From Daphnia carinata (Eukaryota): a stretch of DNA of 64,000 nt. The stretch is taken from NCBI RefSeq assembly GCF_022539665.2, contig NC_081331.1, positions 13,206,001-13,270,000 of the forward strand, read 5' to 3'. The first letter of the stretch is position 1; each line of letters starts with the position of its first letter. The notes beneath the pieces are model-generated. The model was not told where the DNA came from, searched no databases, and worked only from the letters and a program-made list of their open reading frames with translations. Below are positions 49,001 to 62,594 of this stretch, one piece after another. The translations under genes were made by a program, and so were the position numbers.

Positions 49001-52000
49001 TAATCATCACGCATAGGTAAAAACAAATGAAACACCGTGCTAGACATCAGCGTCTTATTTTCCAGTTGATGGGTTTAATTACCTCTGCGGGAAGTTAAAC
49101 GCAAAGTTTCAATAACAGAAGGAAGTGATCTAAAGGGGATCTTCTAGGTTGAACGCGGTAGTGGATATTCAAAATACAAAAGAAGGCAGTTTAACGACTT
49201 GGCACGACTCCCGTTCACGCTTGTTTTTCGTTCAGCCGAACGTAATTGCGTTGGTGTTTTGAATCCCAACAAGGGGATGGCGCAAAAGTATTCACAGGTA
49301 GATTGATTAGCTCTTGGAGCAAAAACAACATTCAATTATTTGCTTGGCTGTTAAAAAACAACATAATTTTGGCTCCCCAAAAGGGCTAATGATCATAACT
49401 ATGAAACTTTAGACTTGGATGTTGGGATGCCGGATTGAACGTTATGATGGCGTTAAAGGGGGAAAATCCCAATCGTTTATCACTACGACGAAGGTGGCAG
49501 CGTTATTGAACTGTCAGTTTCTTGTCATAACTCAAAATAGCTGATGAGGCGATAAAAAAATTTCACGAGAAACATAAAAGGATAAGAAAGAAAATACCCG
49601 AATTAGTGGAGAACGTAATTAAATGGCGTATGAATGAAAACATGTCATCTAAATGAGGACGGCGTTAAGAGAGTTAATCGCAGCCACTGTTTTACGTTGG
49701 CTTAATAACTGGCACATACAATAATCGACCTACTGCACTACTGTCCTTATTTTGGGGGCAGGTACATTGACATCTAATCATCTTTGTTATTCTTCGTCCG
49801 GTTGAACAGGAAAAACGAAAATCAAAATGAGGTCCCGTTTGATGCACGCGGATGCGGGTGCTAGAATTTTTCTTGTCACTTATCAGAAAGTGTAAAATGA
49901 CGTATTGTCGTTTGATCTGTAGTGAAGATTGGGATCGATAACGTTATCTCGCATCCGCCACTCCCGATATTCAACGGGAAACGGAGGCGGAAAAGAATTT
50001 TTCCGCACCGGAAACAAAACATAATGAGGGGATCTCGGGTTCACGATGACGGTACAAAAAACTCAAATTTCTTATAAAATTTTTCTTTTTCCGCATTATT
50101 CTACTTTCTTTTTGAATTTTCTTTCCCGCTCCCCATTTTGTTGTTGTTGCGTCATTTGAAAATCAAAACGAAACGAATTCGCTAGAAAAAAAAATGGCTC
50201 CAATCCACCGAAATAAAACGCCAAGAAAAACACGAAATCGAGACTGTTCCAGTGGTATCAAGTATAAAGGGCAACACAGTACCCCGCCCTTTCGCTATAA
50301 ACGTCTGTCGAGGCACGTTTTATTTCGGAATAAGCTCCACATTGTCTACGTCTCTTGTAACGCTCTCATTTATGTCGTCCGTCTGTTGCTCCAGTCTCCG
50401 ATACAGATTGAAGGCGTCAAAAACGTGCCATCCGACGCCAGATTTCTGCGCTCCGTTATCCGATACTCGACACCTTTCCTTGTTGAACCCTTTTTGTGTG
50501 TCTCCTTTCTTTTTGACGCACAAAGATGTAACACATACCCGTAACGCGAGCTGCTCGAATGAATCCGCCATGTCTTTGATCGGCCGACCTTTGACGGCCA
50601 ATCACGCGATATGGCCGAGCTTGTTTTATCATTTTATAGGAATGCGTACTGTATGGCCTTTTGGAAGCCGTATCGTACCATCTAAAGAGATCAAGAATAA
50701 ACGCCCACGACGGTCGACTTTGATGCTCAAAATCTAAAGCTTCGGCTGTGACCGGTAAGTTTACAGAGAAAGGACACGGCCCATTAAACTTAGATTGCTC
50801 GTATTATTGCTTATAGATACCGCTGTGTATAGGTAGCAAACGTGTTGAACGAATTGCATCAGCGTCAATATTTGTTGCCTTTCCGTCGTTTTGTGCGGTT
50901 CGTCTTGTAATCACAGCAATTGATTTTGTTAGCGTCGTATACTCGTGATTTCTTTTTACATCGAAACATCCAATTCATAAAAGATAAAGACATTTGATAA
51001 ACACAGTAGTTTAACAACATCGCTAAGCATTAATCATTTCAAATTCGCAAATTTTTTGGGGGGCATCAAAGTATACAAATTGATATCGGTTGTAAGGATG
51101 TCCATCAAAGACTTGCTGTCCGCCCTTTTCTCGTCTGCGAGTGATTAATCTCTTTCGATGCGTCAAGACTAACGATTCCATCAAAAACGGCAAAGGGGTG
51201 GATGGATGGAAGAAGCAGTAACGGTAACTCGCTCTTTTGTATGTCTCCCAAGCATTGCTGGCATTGTGGCAACATAGATTATATGCACCCGATGATAGCG
51301 ATGAATCGATAAGGATCACTTCTAGTGAGGTCTTTCATCGATTCTAGCCCCCCTGATGTGTGGGAATCTACAAAAATCAACACTATTTTCATGTTCTGAC
51401 GTTGTCCTCAATTGTTTTAACCAAACCGAATTTGAACAACATTTATTCTTTATAGGGTTGGTTGAATAATTAATTGTCTCCGGGACGTCCCCTTTTTTTG
51501 GCTTTTCTCCCAAAATCCTTGACTAACCCCTTCCTTTAACTCCAACTAGCTGAAAATGGATGATACTCTTGAGCTCGTTTGCTCTTTGTCCGTCCTCTTT
51601 TCGCCTCCATTGGCTTCCCTCGAAACATGCAAGAAGCTGAGGCATACTGGCACAAACAGTGTCCGAATGCCGCGTATACTTCCAAATTGAATTGTCACCG
51701 AAAAAGCAGAGGGATGACGAGTTATTTTTTCTGAATTCGTTTCGCTCGAACGGAATGTTAGTTGTTTTAAGTTACACAAACGTGAAAAAGTCCTTCAATT
51801 TCAAGTCCCTCGTCCATCACGTTTTGACTTATTTCCAAATATTCGCGCCAAATATAAATAGAATGGTAACAAACGCTATAGACTAGAGTCGCGATACACT
51901 GCAAATATATTCTTTAGCTCATGCGCTCGTAAATAATATCGTGACATTGATGTTTTCTTGAACCCAGTCTTTCAGATAAGGTAAGAAACGACTATGCCCT

Positions 52001-52919
52001 TGATTCTTAAGCAGCTCCACCCTTATTTCATTGCATAGTTACGAATTATTAGTGCACTAACAATGACCCCATACGAATGGACACCCAAGTCGTGGACAAA
52101 TTATCACGATATAAGGCACGTAACGCTCACATGCGTCAGTCCAAATATTTACCTTTGGGATTAATCTCATTACTTCTGTTCCCGGCTGTTCTTTATGTGT
52201 CTTGGTGTGGAATGACCCCACCGCAGGTTTTAATCCATTTGGAACATATAAAATGATGAATAATTCTTTGTTTTGTTATAATACAATATGCGGGCGGGGA
52301 CTATGTTTTTCTATTCCGCATTCCGCCACTGACGAAAGCACAGCGTGCGATGCGTGCCCGTTCGTGTGCTATATAGAAAAAGAACCCCCCCAAACAGAGA
52401 CGATGAAAATTGCTTGCCGACAAAATCCCCTTCGGTTGCGTAAACTCAATATTTTATTTTTCTATTTACACTAGGATCTCAAGCTTCAAACGGCCAAAAC
52501 TAGTGAAACTGGCGGACGGCAACGTGTCTGCGCCTGATTCCGGGAATTGCGGCAAACAGATCGGTTGGTTACCATGCTACCACTGCCTTTTGTTTTTTTG
52601 TTTTTTTTGTTCATGTACGTACCGATGCACCGGCAGCCGTGTAGAGACATAAGAGAACAACGAGTCCCGCGTGAGCTAATCCTTTGCGTAATCGCGGATT
52701 AGAGCTCAGGTAACGCCAAATGACTCCTCCGCACCTGCTGCTTCTGGTGCCGTTTGCAGCACCGTTGACCGACGGTGTTCCAATCATGGCGATTGTAACA
52801 CCTCCATCACCTGGACTGCCCATCATCGAAAGTCTTTCAGCACCCCTGAGGCTTGTAGGACTACCGGGCTGACTCACGGTTGAGTTCAAACGTAGAAATG
52901 TGTTACCAGCAGAGCTCAT
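40028..52919 (-). CDS. TWiK-family two-pore-domain (K2P) potassium channel
   Basis: Exons 52919-52623, 45842-45669, 45516-45414, 43503-43201, 42872-42813, 40665-40528 and 40410-40028. Pore 1 WTYTQSVFFASTVLTTIGYGNIAP, M2 GRIFCIFFALIGIP, pore 2 SFYFCFITMTTIGFGDLVP and M4 YILVGLALT. Confidence 0.94.
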
Positions 52920-55874
52920 CTCGTTATCGTTGATTAAGTGGACACCTTTTACTTTCTTGTTGATTCAACTGATTAGCGATATCACACTGTACGATCCGAA
53001 CGTGAAGCACTTTGGAAGGTGCTGGAAATATTTCTTATAATCCGCTCATTGTGTTTAATTTAGTAAAAAGAGAACTCGTGTCGATTGAATTTTGTTTGGC
53101 ACACAAAAACACCTGCGTGAAAGCCAATCTGTATTCTTTAAATGATGAGCTCGGCTTGAAGGCGGAAAGGATGATCCTCTCCATGCCGGTGCCCGTGCGA
53201 GACTGACCAGCCCGACGGTGTGGACGACTCTAGAAATAGCTACAAAACGACAGGGTGCACACAACAACGGGCACAATGCGAGACCGTTGAGGCCATCGCG
53301 GCGAATCCATACAGAATAGACACAGCGTCTATATACGTGGCTGGTTGTTGACTTTTGGATATACTCGTATAGTATGTACCACCATAGTGCATACTACAGT
53401 GTAACTTTAGTCGAGAGCGATGGCATGTCGGCGCAGGCATCACCCGCTGCTCGTCTACATTAACCCGAAACCTTGGGAGCGAACGACTGTAGTGGCCGAT
53501 GCAGCGGAACGGCATCGTCTATACGTGTACAGGGCTAAACCACCTGAAGTATATGGTAGACGTGTCGGGAAGAGAGTTAACGAATGTAAATCTACAACCG
53601 AGAGCTGTTTCATTTATCTGTTTTTCGTGAGTGCTGCATGCGCGACTGATGTCGGTGAAGCGCAGCAAAGAGACGTGGATATAAATGGCGGGAACATCAA
53701 CTATATCGCTCGTGCGTGTTCATTTTCATCTCAAATAAAAGTCTGTTTGGAAGTGAACTAAAATTAGGATGGTTCTTTAGTGTGTCACACCGTCTGGCAA
53801 TGAAAATAGCGTCCCATTCATTAGCCTGCTCTGCTTTTTCTCAATTGTGTTGATGAGCACGCAAATCTCAGCAGTTTTCCTGCAAAGCTTCGTTCGGAGC
53901 ATCACACCTGACATCTTCTCAAAACATTTTTGAAATAGCCTTCGTATCGTCAATTCTTTCGTTTTCTTTCGTGATGTCCTGTTCTAACCCATCGACTGAA
54001 AGAATTGCGAGGCTTTCTGCACTAGACTAATGGATTGGCTTATTTTGATTGTTGCTTGACGAGACGATGACTGTGTTAGTGTATTGTGTGTGAAACCGGA
54101 CGGGTACATGTAGGCCGCTCTTCTTCAAGTCCATCTCCGGTTCCGCCTGACACTCTCGTCCGAGCGCAGTTGACCAGAAGAATCTTCGCTTTTCTTGGCT
54201 CACAACGACATCGTCGTTTTCGTTCGTTGTGACGTCGCGAACGCTAAAAACAATTGAAGCCCAACTGGCCAACCCAAACATGCTATTTCATTTTGGCGTT
54301 TTGTCATAGTTGGGGCAGAAGCAAAAAAAAAAGGGTTAACATTTCTGTTGGGTGACATCCAATCAATGCTAACTCGCTATGGTATTTGCATGTGTCAGTG
54401 TATATTGTTATTCGCTGTTCCACCTTCCTTCGCATTGTGATGCTGAACCATGCACGTCTAGCAATGTAAAACACGTTAATCAAGCTTGTGGACAAAGTTG
54501 TGTGAATTCACCTTCCTATACTGTCCATCCAACAAAGTGAGTCATAGCCAAAATGCCATTAGCGGAACAAGAAATGAATGCGTACAGTATTCATTATGTA
54601 TTTCTATGGTTTATTCTTGACTTTTTTTTTTTGCGCTTTCATCGTCTTTAAATGATTGTACCCACCACAAATGTAAAAAATCAGGTGGAGACTGTTGACT
54701 CGGACTAATGACCAACTCATCATTCATTCCAACTGGTTGGCCAGCTGGAGACCTAGTGACATACGGCGGAAGTCAGCCAAAAACTGAGACATACCCACCT
54801 CTTTACTGCCGCGCGCATCTGCAAAGCTGTTTCGCGAAAACATTGGCATTCATCCAACAGCTCGTATAATCCAGCAGGTTTTTACCTCCGTGATTTAGAA
54901 GTCTATAGCGATGCCTACTTAATGGTAAGCTAGGATAAATCAAGCGAATATAATTTATGCCGTAGTTTTCAAGCGTAATTGGCAATTAGATGATTGTGAT
55001 ATCCAACACGGGCGTATCTTAAAGTAGCTGCTTTGACAATATTTTCTCTCTCCATATCCTGCGTCTGCTGTCCAGAGTTACTTAGACGTTGATAAACAGG
55101 AAAAAAAAGGGGAGCAGTGACAGTATAAATTTATGGTGAAAGAAGACTCGGTTTGTTTAATCTATAAATGCAGCAATTGAAACTGCCAAGATGATTCCGC
55201 GAGATATCTTAGCGTTCCAACAAAACAATTACCATTTCTTACACAATATGGCGTGTGCGTCATTTAAGAAGATATAGTGATGATAGTATAATTTCCAGTT
55301 GGTGACGTGTAAGCGTACAACAGCTCGTGTAAGCGTGTAGATACGCATACATTCCGCGTATGCGATGGTGCACCCGTTCATTGCGAATGATTTATAAATA
55401 GCTTATGCAAATGGCACTAATCATGAGCGTCCCTCTCCATTGCCACATCAGTTTTTTTTTCTCAAAAGCTTGCGCACAGCAAGCCACGCAATTTCCCAAG
55501 TTGACAAACCTTTTCTTTTGGCTACTGAAAGTGTCCTAACAAACAGAACGCGCGGGTGCACGTGTGACTCATTTACCAGCTTTATTTTTATGGAACAGGA
55601 AAGAAAATAAAATATCGCCTACGTACCAGTAGCTTACAGTAAATAGCTAACCTTTAAATTTCTGTATTGTGACAAGACTTTCGTGCTGCTTTCAAACTGC
55701 CACGAACCAAATGTATACCGTAATACTGTACACCCGTACTTTGGGGGGGAGGAAAAGAAAAGTCGAGTAGAGGCGTGAAAATAAACATAAACATGAAAAA
55801 AAAAATAAAAAAAAGAAGGAATTGAAGCAAACAAACGGAGATGGGAATGCTCGTTTGGGCCCAAGTTTAGTCTT

Positions 55875-58800
55875 CTAGAAGAGGATATCGGTAAGGATGC
55901 GGTCGATAAAGTGGACTACTCCGTTGGTGGCACTCACGTCGCTCTCGATCACGTTCGCTTCTCCGTTGATCCTCTCCAATTTACCTGCCAAAGCGGTGCG
56001 GGACGTAAAACAAAAAAAAAATCAAAAAATCAAAACAATGTCTATGACGTGAAACGAATCGCTGGACGAACACCACAGCCAGTCAAGCAATTCATTTGCT
56101 GCGGAATGCAGTGAATAGAAACTGGAACAACTTGCGCATAATGACGCATCGAAAACAAAAATGAATATACTCTGAAGCATTCATTACTTTTTCTGTTTTG
56201 GCGCGTGAGCTCGACACGTAGACGTCCGACACCGTGCAAGGTGGACAGCCACTGGCCGGCCTCCAGACCTTCACTGTAATAAGTTCCAGGAACGATGTGG
56301 TACCATAGCAGATCTTCGTCATCACCGATGAGTAACGTGATCCGGTGATGAGGTTAAGTGAACGAAGGAAAGAAAACAAATAAACAAATACCGAAATATT
56401 AAAATAAATAAAATAATAAAACATTGAAAAACAAAAAAAAGCATAGAAAAAAATAAATAGCTTTGGAAACAGAGGGTGTCGAAACAGACCGGAAACTCCG
56501 TCAAAATGGCAGAGGTAATGGCCAACTCTTTTGGCGTGCTATATACAAACTTTACAGTGGCAAATCAAAACAGTAGGAGTTTGGGAACTTTTACTGTGAA
56601 ATGCTGTTTCGTTGTTCAGGAATAGGCGCTGCTCATCTTGGCTGATGCTCAAAAATGCCTCAGTTGTCCTGTAAATAAGACAGCCAGACAGAAAAAAAAA
56701 AAACAATAAAACAAACGGACTACGACATAAGTCACGACCGCATCGCAGACGAGTTAAGACCGCAAATCTTGCAGTTGAAAAAGGTAAAGAGAAAACAACA
56801 AAAAAAATAATAAAACGTTACGGGACGAAGACAGACAGCGGAGAATCAGACGACAAGACCCTCGTGAGTGCGGGACCCAATAGCGAAGCTTGTAAACCTA
56901 CTGGCAAAGAAATCCAAATGAGTCACAAACTTCTTTTGTTTTGCTTCAATCATCAAGCGAATTTTTGTTTGCTGACAACAAGCTGCACATTTTTCCTGAC
57001 ATCGAAATTCTCAGTATATCTGACAGACGAAAGCAATGTTCCATGCATATTTTTCAAATCAATTTGTAAGAGTAGACATTTTTGTTTTTAACTCAATGAC
57101 TATCGCGATAAACCCATCAGCAACACAAATTCTAAAAATGTCAGCTTCTAATCATTGTTTAATCGTAAAAAATATTCGAATTACGCATAACGATTAAAAG
57201 TGTATACGCACTCTGGAACCTACCGCCGTCATTGAGGATGTCTAATATGGTTTGTGAAGGAGTAGGGCTCGGCATTAGAACACGATCGACGATATGCACC
57301 AACAGTTTGCCTATACGTAGATCGTTCGTTAAGAACCGGGCACCGTTGACTGTCGTTACGGTATCCTGTTTCCAGATACAAAAAGTTATGAAATAAATTA
57401 GCACCCACATGACTGCAATGACACACTATAAAAAGAATTACATTTAATAAGCTAAATAGATTTTAAAAAAAACAAGAAATACGATGAAGGTACCGCGATC
57501 AAGTATGACAAGTCATGCTATGGTCATGACTTTTGAATGACGTTGGACTATGGAACACTGCAAATCGAAAGGAAGTGACTCATCATATACTTTGGTGGGG
57601 AAGTCTAACGTCTTTTAGCCCGCCGTTAGAACGAAGACCATGTAAAGCAGGCATAAATTGGCACGCCCGTATAATAGTTCCGTGCCACCAACATCTTACG
57701 TGTCCCATTATTCCCGGCGTATATGTGCAAAGCGTGTACGGTGGTTATCGTCGATCACATCACGGCCACGCCATTTATATAAGCTAACTTTTTTTTAAAC
57801 ACACACAAGGGCGAAACCGACCGTGACTAGGTTATCTCAACGTGAATTACTTCTTGAAAAGAAACAGTTTGGTACCGAAAAGGCGAAAGGTGAAACGATA
57901 TATCAAGACAAATTCGATCGCTTTAGTTGAATGCGAAAACGACAAAGCAAGTCAACGTGTGTTGTAAATAAGAACGGCCCTGGGCCGACACCAACACAAA
58001 GACACAAAACGTAAAAAAAGTAGGAGTTTAAACGTATAACGAAATTGAATAACATTCAATCTAATTAGCCATTTTCTGATAACTTACCCTATTCTCCGTG
58101 GCGTTGTAAATGTTGAACCTCAGTCGATGCGAGCCAGCCAATGTAACGTGAGTCGCTTCGTTTTCGAATGAAGACGAGTTAAGGTGATTAGGAATAACGT
58201 GATTCAACAATACTTCTCGTAGTGAATCTGGACGCGTGATCCATCGCCTTCGCTGGCCAGCAGAAATTTTATTAAACGCTGCATTGCTCGGTGCCATCAG
58301 AGTGTACTCTAAAATAAGAATAAAATTTGAATTCCACTAAATTGACAGTTTTCTCTTTTAAATCACACCTTTATCTTGAAAGAGGGATGCGATATCCGCT
58401 TGGTTTATCAAAGAGGATAGAACTCTGAGATTAGCAGATCGCAGATGACGAGTAAGTGAATCCTCCGTGCTGGACGCGTCCGCATTAGTTCCCAGGTTGT
58501 TGTCAGTCGTTTCGTTAACAGCGCTTTCGCCATCATCGTCATCATTTTCTTTATTAATGGAAGAAAAAACGGTAGCTAAAAAGGGAGACGGACTATTGCG
58601 CTTTCCTTGTTCGATTTCATCGGAATTATCGTCTTGCAAATTGTTGGCGTTCAGCGATAAAATGATGGAGTTTTCAGTTGATGTTAAGGTTTTAACAGGA
58701 TCGTTGGATTCGGGAATGATGATGGTTATTCCACTACTGGAGGATCGTTGCTCGGAGGATGTGACAAGATCATCTGGAATTGATGGACTTGGAAAGAATG

Positions 58801-60883
58801 AAACCGATGAGGTCAAACTATTAGGTTTCCTCCATATTCTTTCTGTTGTGGTGGAAGGCAATTCGGGGTACGGAGTCGTTGCGAAAATTAAAAAATCTGG
58901 AACGTATGATTCATAAGCGGTGCTTGTGTCTACTACGGATAGCTCGTTTACTTTTGGAGGCAAAGTTGGAATTGAATTATCCGCTTCTTTCGGGCTGCGG
59001 AAGAACTGACTGTTAAGACTCGAAAATCCGCTGTTTGGAGCTTCCTGTGCCGATAGATAAATCGGTTCTACCTGTACTTGGGTAGGATCTACATTCTTCG
59101 ATGTGGGACGATTAAGAACGATCCATGATCCCCCGCAATCGTTTTTAATCGGACGATTGTTGGCCGATTGAAAAGGTATACGAAATTCATCTGGATAGTA
59201 AGGCAAGTGGCCGATGCTAGGGAATTCAGTAACAGCCAAAACTTGACTTGATTCGGCACTGAATAACCAGCTCTTATTCTGTCTATTAAAGCCATCGAAC
59301 TGTTCACCACTTTTGTCTGGTAGAGCAATGAAATCGTGAATGACTGTCGAATGTAATGCTTGAGAGTTAGCAGGTCGAGGACTAATGTTACCCCTCTGGA
59401 ACACACTGGGCTGAGCTGGTGTTATCGATTGGAATGTGGATGGAGTAGTTAATTGATGCAGTTGTGTTGCCAGTATACCACCTTTGTTATTATCATAACT
59501 AGGTTGAATATTCAGTTGGTTTTCAATGGGATAACGCGCGCTGTTATAGTTGGGCGGAGTAGTTCCAGCTCCAACTTTGCCAGAATACGAAGAAGTCTGA
59601 TGGTGTTGTGGGGGACGTTGAGGTTTAGGTAAACCGTACGCCGTACTAGGCGCCTTGGCCGGTGGATATACACTGATAGGTTTCGGAGGTTTGATGGGTA
59701 TCGGTGCTGGATAGTATTGGCCGTTGCTGATTCCTGAAGGCCTCGGTGTTGAATGGTAATGAACTGGATATGTCCCACTTGGTTTATGATAATGACCTGG
59801 CTTAGAGTTTGAATAGTGGGTATTGTAGTAGCCCGGTTTGGGAATGAACACGAAAATTGGAGGAGGTGAACCAACTGGGCCTGACTCGTGGTAGGATCCT
59901 CCACTGGACGCTGGATAACTAGGGTATCCTGATGACGGTGGCACCGGATAGTGAGGTTGATGTAAATCGGTAGTTCCTAATGAAGGCGATGGATAACCCG
60001 AACCGGGATTGTACGATCCGCTACCACTTGGTGATACCGGATAGCCTGGATAAACACCTTGATCTAATGGTAAAGGGTACAGCGGGTTCGGTGTAATGTA
60101 CGGAGCTGGAGTTGTCGATGGAACGTAATAATCGGGTTTGTTTGTGACGTAGCTGGGATTCGGATAAGACGTGGGAATTTCGTAAATCGGTTGGCTTGGA
60201 ACATAAGGTGGCATAGGTTTTGGAGGGCGATAGCCCACGTTCGTTACGGGAATGGTTGTAACATAACTCGGCGTAATGACCGGCCCGTAAGACCCACCTA
60301 AATTGTTATTGCCCGGTGTTTGAGGGTAGCGAATGGTTGTAGCTGGTGGATATGTGATGTATATCTCTTGCTGATTATAATTAGATGCTGGATATCCAGT
60401 TGGTTTGGGTACGCCATAATTATGAGGAGGTGGAGTGGGCCGAATGGGCTGCGGCTGGTAAGGTGGTCTGGCTGCAGGATAGCCAATATGTGGTGCCTTC
60501 GGTGGCCGGTAGCCTTTGAACGGTAGGCCGTTGTTGGGTTGAGGACGATGCGCCTTTATAGGATAGAATGTTCGACGTTCAGCCTGTGATGTGCCATAAT
60601 CCGTGGACCATCGTTTCTTCAAACGATTAGGATTGAATGGATCTGATGTCAAACTATCAGTTGTGTTTGTTGGATTATGTTGGCTTGCGAATACAGGATT
60701 AGTTTGGTTAGAAGATGGGTCAGAACGGTCCACTTGAACAAGATCGGGAAGTTCGAAGGTGCCATTTGGTTTGTGAGAAAAATCACTGTTTTGCGAATCG
60801 ACAAGCGTGGCTGATGTGAAGCGAATAACGTAAACGACAAGCAAACAACTGAATAGCGACCACCTGGCGCTATGACGCCACAT
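55875..60883 (-). CDS. Secreted fasciclin (two FAS1 domains) protein with very long Pro/Tyr/Ser/Thr-rich N-terminus
   Basis: Exons 60883-58369, 58308-58088, 57365-57212, 56897-56822, 56668-56595, 56313-56188 and 55984-55875 are in frame. FAS1 motifs YTLMAPSNAAF, LLNHVIP, VHIVDRVL, SVFVPTTEAF, LLWYHIVPG and ATNGVVHFIDRIL, plus a signal peptide. Confidence 0.9.
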
Positions 60884-62594
60884 TTTGAAATCAAACGGGC
60901 TATAGGCGTTCGCCTCTGGTTTTAAAGGTTTGGCTTTTTTCGCCTAGCAGTAAACTGGAAATTGGTGTTTAAAAAAAAATACACGGTTGAAAGCATTATT
61001 ATCGACATTTCATCGTTTGACCCACATTTCAATTTCCATTGGAAAAAAAGAAGAATGCAGTTTCAAACATTATCTCGGGGCGTCAACGACGTCATTGAGG
61101 ATGTGACCTATCTGTCGCTGCGTATTGAAGAACCAGATGTGAACGAGAAAAGGAATGTTACCTGTTTTTTTGCCGGCTTTATTTGGGGCCATTTTCAGTG
61201 TGGATCCACCCTACCCGCTTTCGTTTGTTTCTTAACTTTCTGTTGCCTTCTTTTTATACTGTCACGACAATAAATGTGTTATAGACTTACGCCCTTTTCT
61301 CGGGATTTGGCAAGAAAGCGTGAATCCGCACCTCGTATTCCCCGTTTGGTGACTCCCATCCTCTCCGCCAAGTGATTAAAAATCTCTTTGCGTCACGGAA
61401 CAAACAGTGAGCCCTTACAATTTATCACTTGGAAAAGGGAGCTTTTCGGATTTTCTTAGGATTATATGACCCGTCTTTGAGATGCTACAAGTATTGTGGA
61501 CCATTACGGACGTAATGGCATGTTTAAAGATGTATGCTAAAAAATAAAGGATCTGTTTAACAAGGGACGAAATAATAAACCGAACCAGTAAAACAAGTGG
61601 GCGCATCCGTAATCAAGGATGTAGCAAAATTCAATATAAGCGTATCGCTCGCTCTCTTAAGGTATGTAGTGGGTACAAGGTTCGGTAAGTTTCATGCAAA
61701 ATGTTTCTCCTGTAAATGTTTAGCCTACTGGAAATTTAAAGAAATTTATGTTCCGTTAGCTCTTTATTTAAAGTGTCTTTCGTTCGTTGAAAATTTTAAT
61801 CCGTGAAATTTGTTGCCATGGCGATTGGCGATACCGACAGAAATTGCAAAATAGTTATACCAGTCCCCATCTAGCGACGACAGACGATAGCTCTGACATC
61901 TACTCTGTGTTATTGTTTCGAGTTTGAAATATGATTTTATGTATTTTATAACAGTTTTTTTAGGATATGCGATAACATCAAATGTGTTAAAAACTGAGGG
62001 TAAAAAAGGTCTGAAGTGTAGTATCTAGCATTTTGGATTTAAGAAAAACTATAAAGATCTTTGGACATAGCTTATGATACACTTTGAAATCATGGAGCAA
62101 ATAACTGTAAAAACATATGTGGAAAATAGTCCCACAAATAAAAATTGTTATCAAAATAAAGAACGATTTGTTAAATCAAAAACTGCAATAAAATCAAGTT
62201 ATTTATTTTTTGCACCATTTCACGTTTTATGGCAACGTCGTCGGGTTTTCCGAAAATAAAAAGTGGAAGCACTACCTTCGAGTAGACGAGTTACCCTACA
62301 TCGCTAAGCACACTGTTGGGACGTGGGAGCTTGGAAACGCGTCAGATATAGCGAAGTAGTAAAGCAAGGGGTGAATCTGTATTGTGGTTTTGTATCAAAT
62401 AACTCGGATGTAAACTGGATCACTATCGTACCAATCGTTTATATTCCTTTCGTGTTGGATGTCTTAACTTTGCCGTTAGTTTTCGCGTCTACTACTTTAA
62501 ATGGACTAAGTAATTCGAGAGGGGAATAGCATCGTGAGAGGCGTGAAGAGGATAGTTCTAAGTTCGAAAAGTGTTTTTTTTTTTAGTGATAGAA

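Noticed and set aside
50194..50737. Overlapping 93-161 aa ORFs in K2P intron 1
   Set aside because: No motifs, coding-like composition or splice-consistent partner exons.
57114..57131. Possible micro-exon (KFVLLM) in the fasciclin gene
   Set aside because: A direct 57212/56897 splice already gives a good FAS1 sequence, and the donor is weak.
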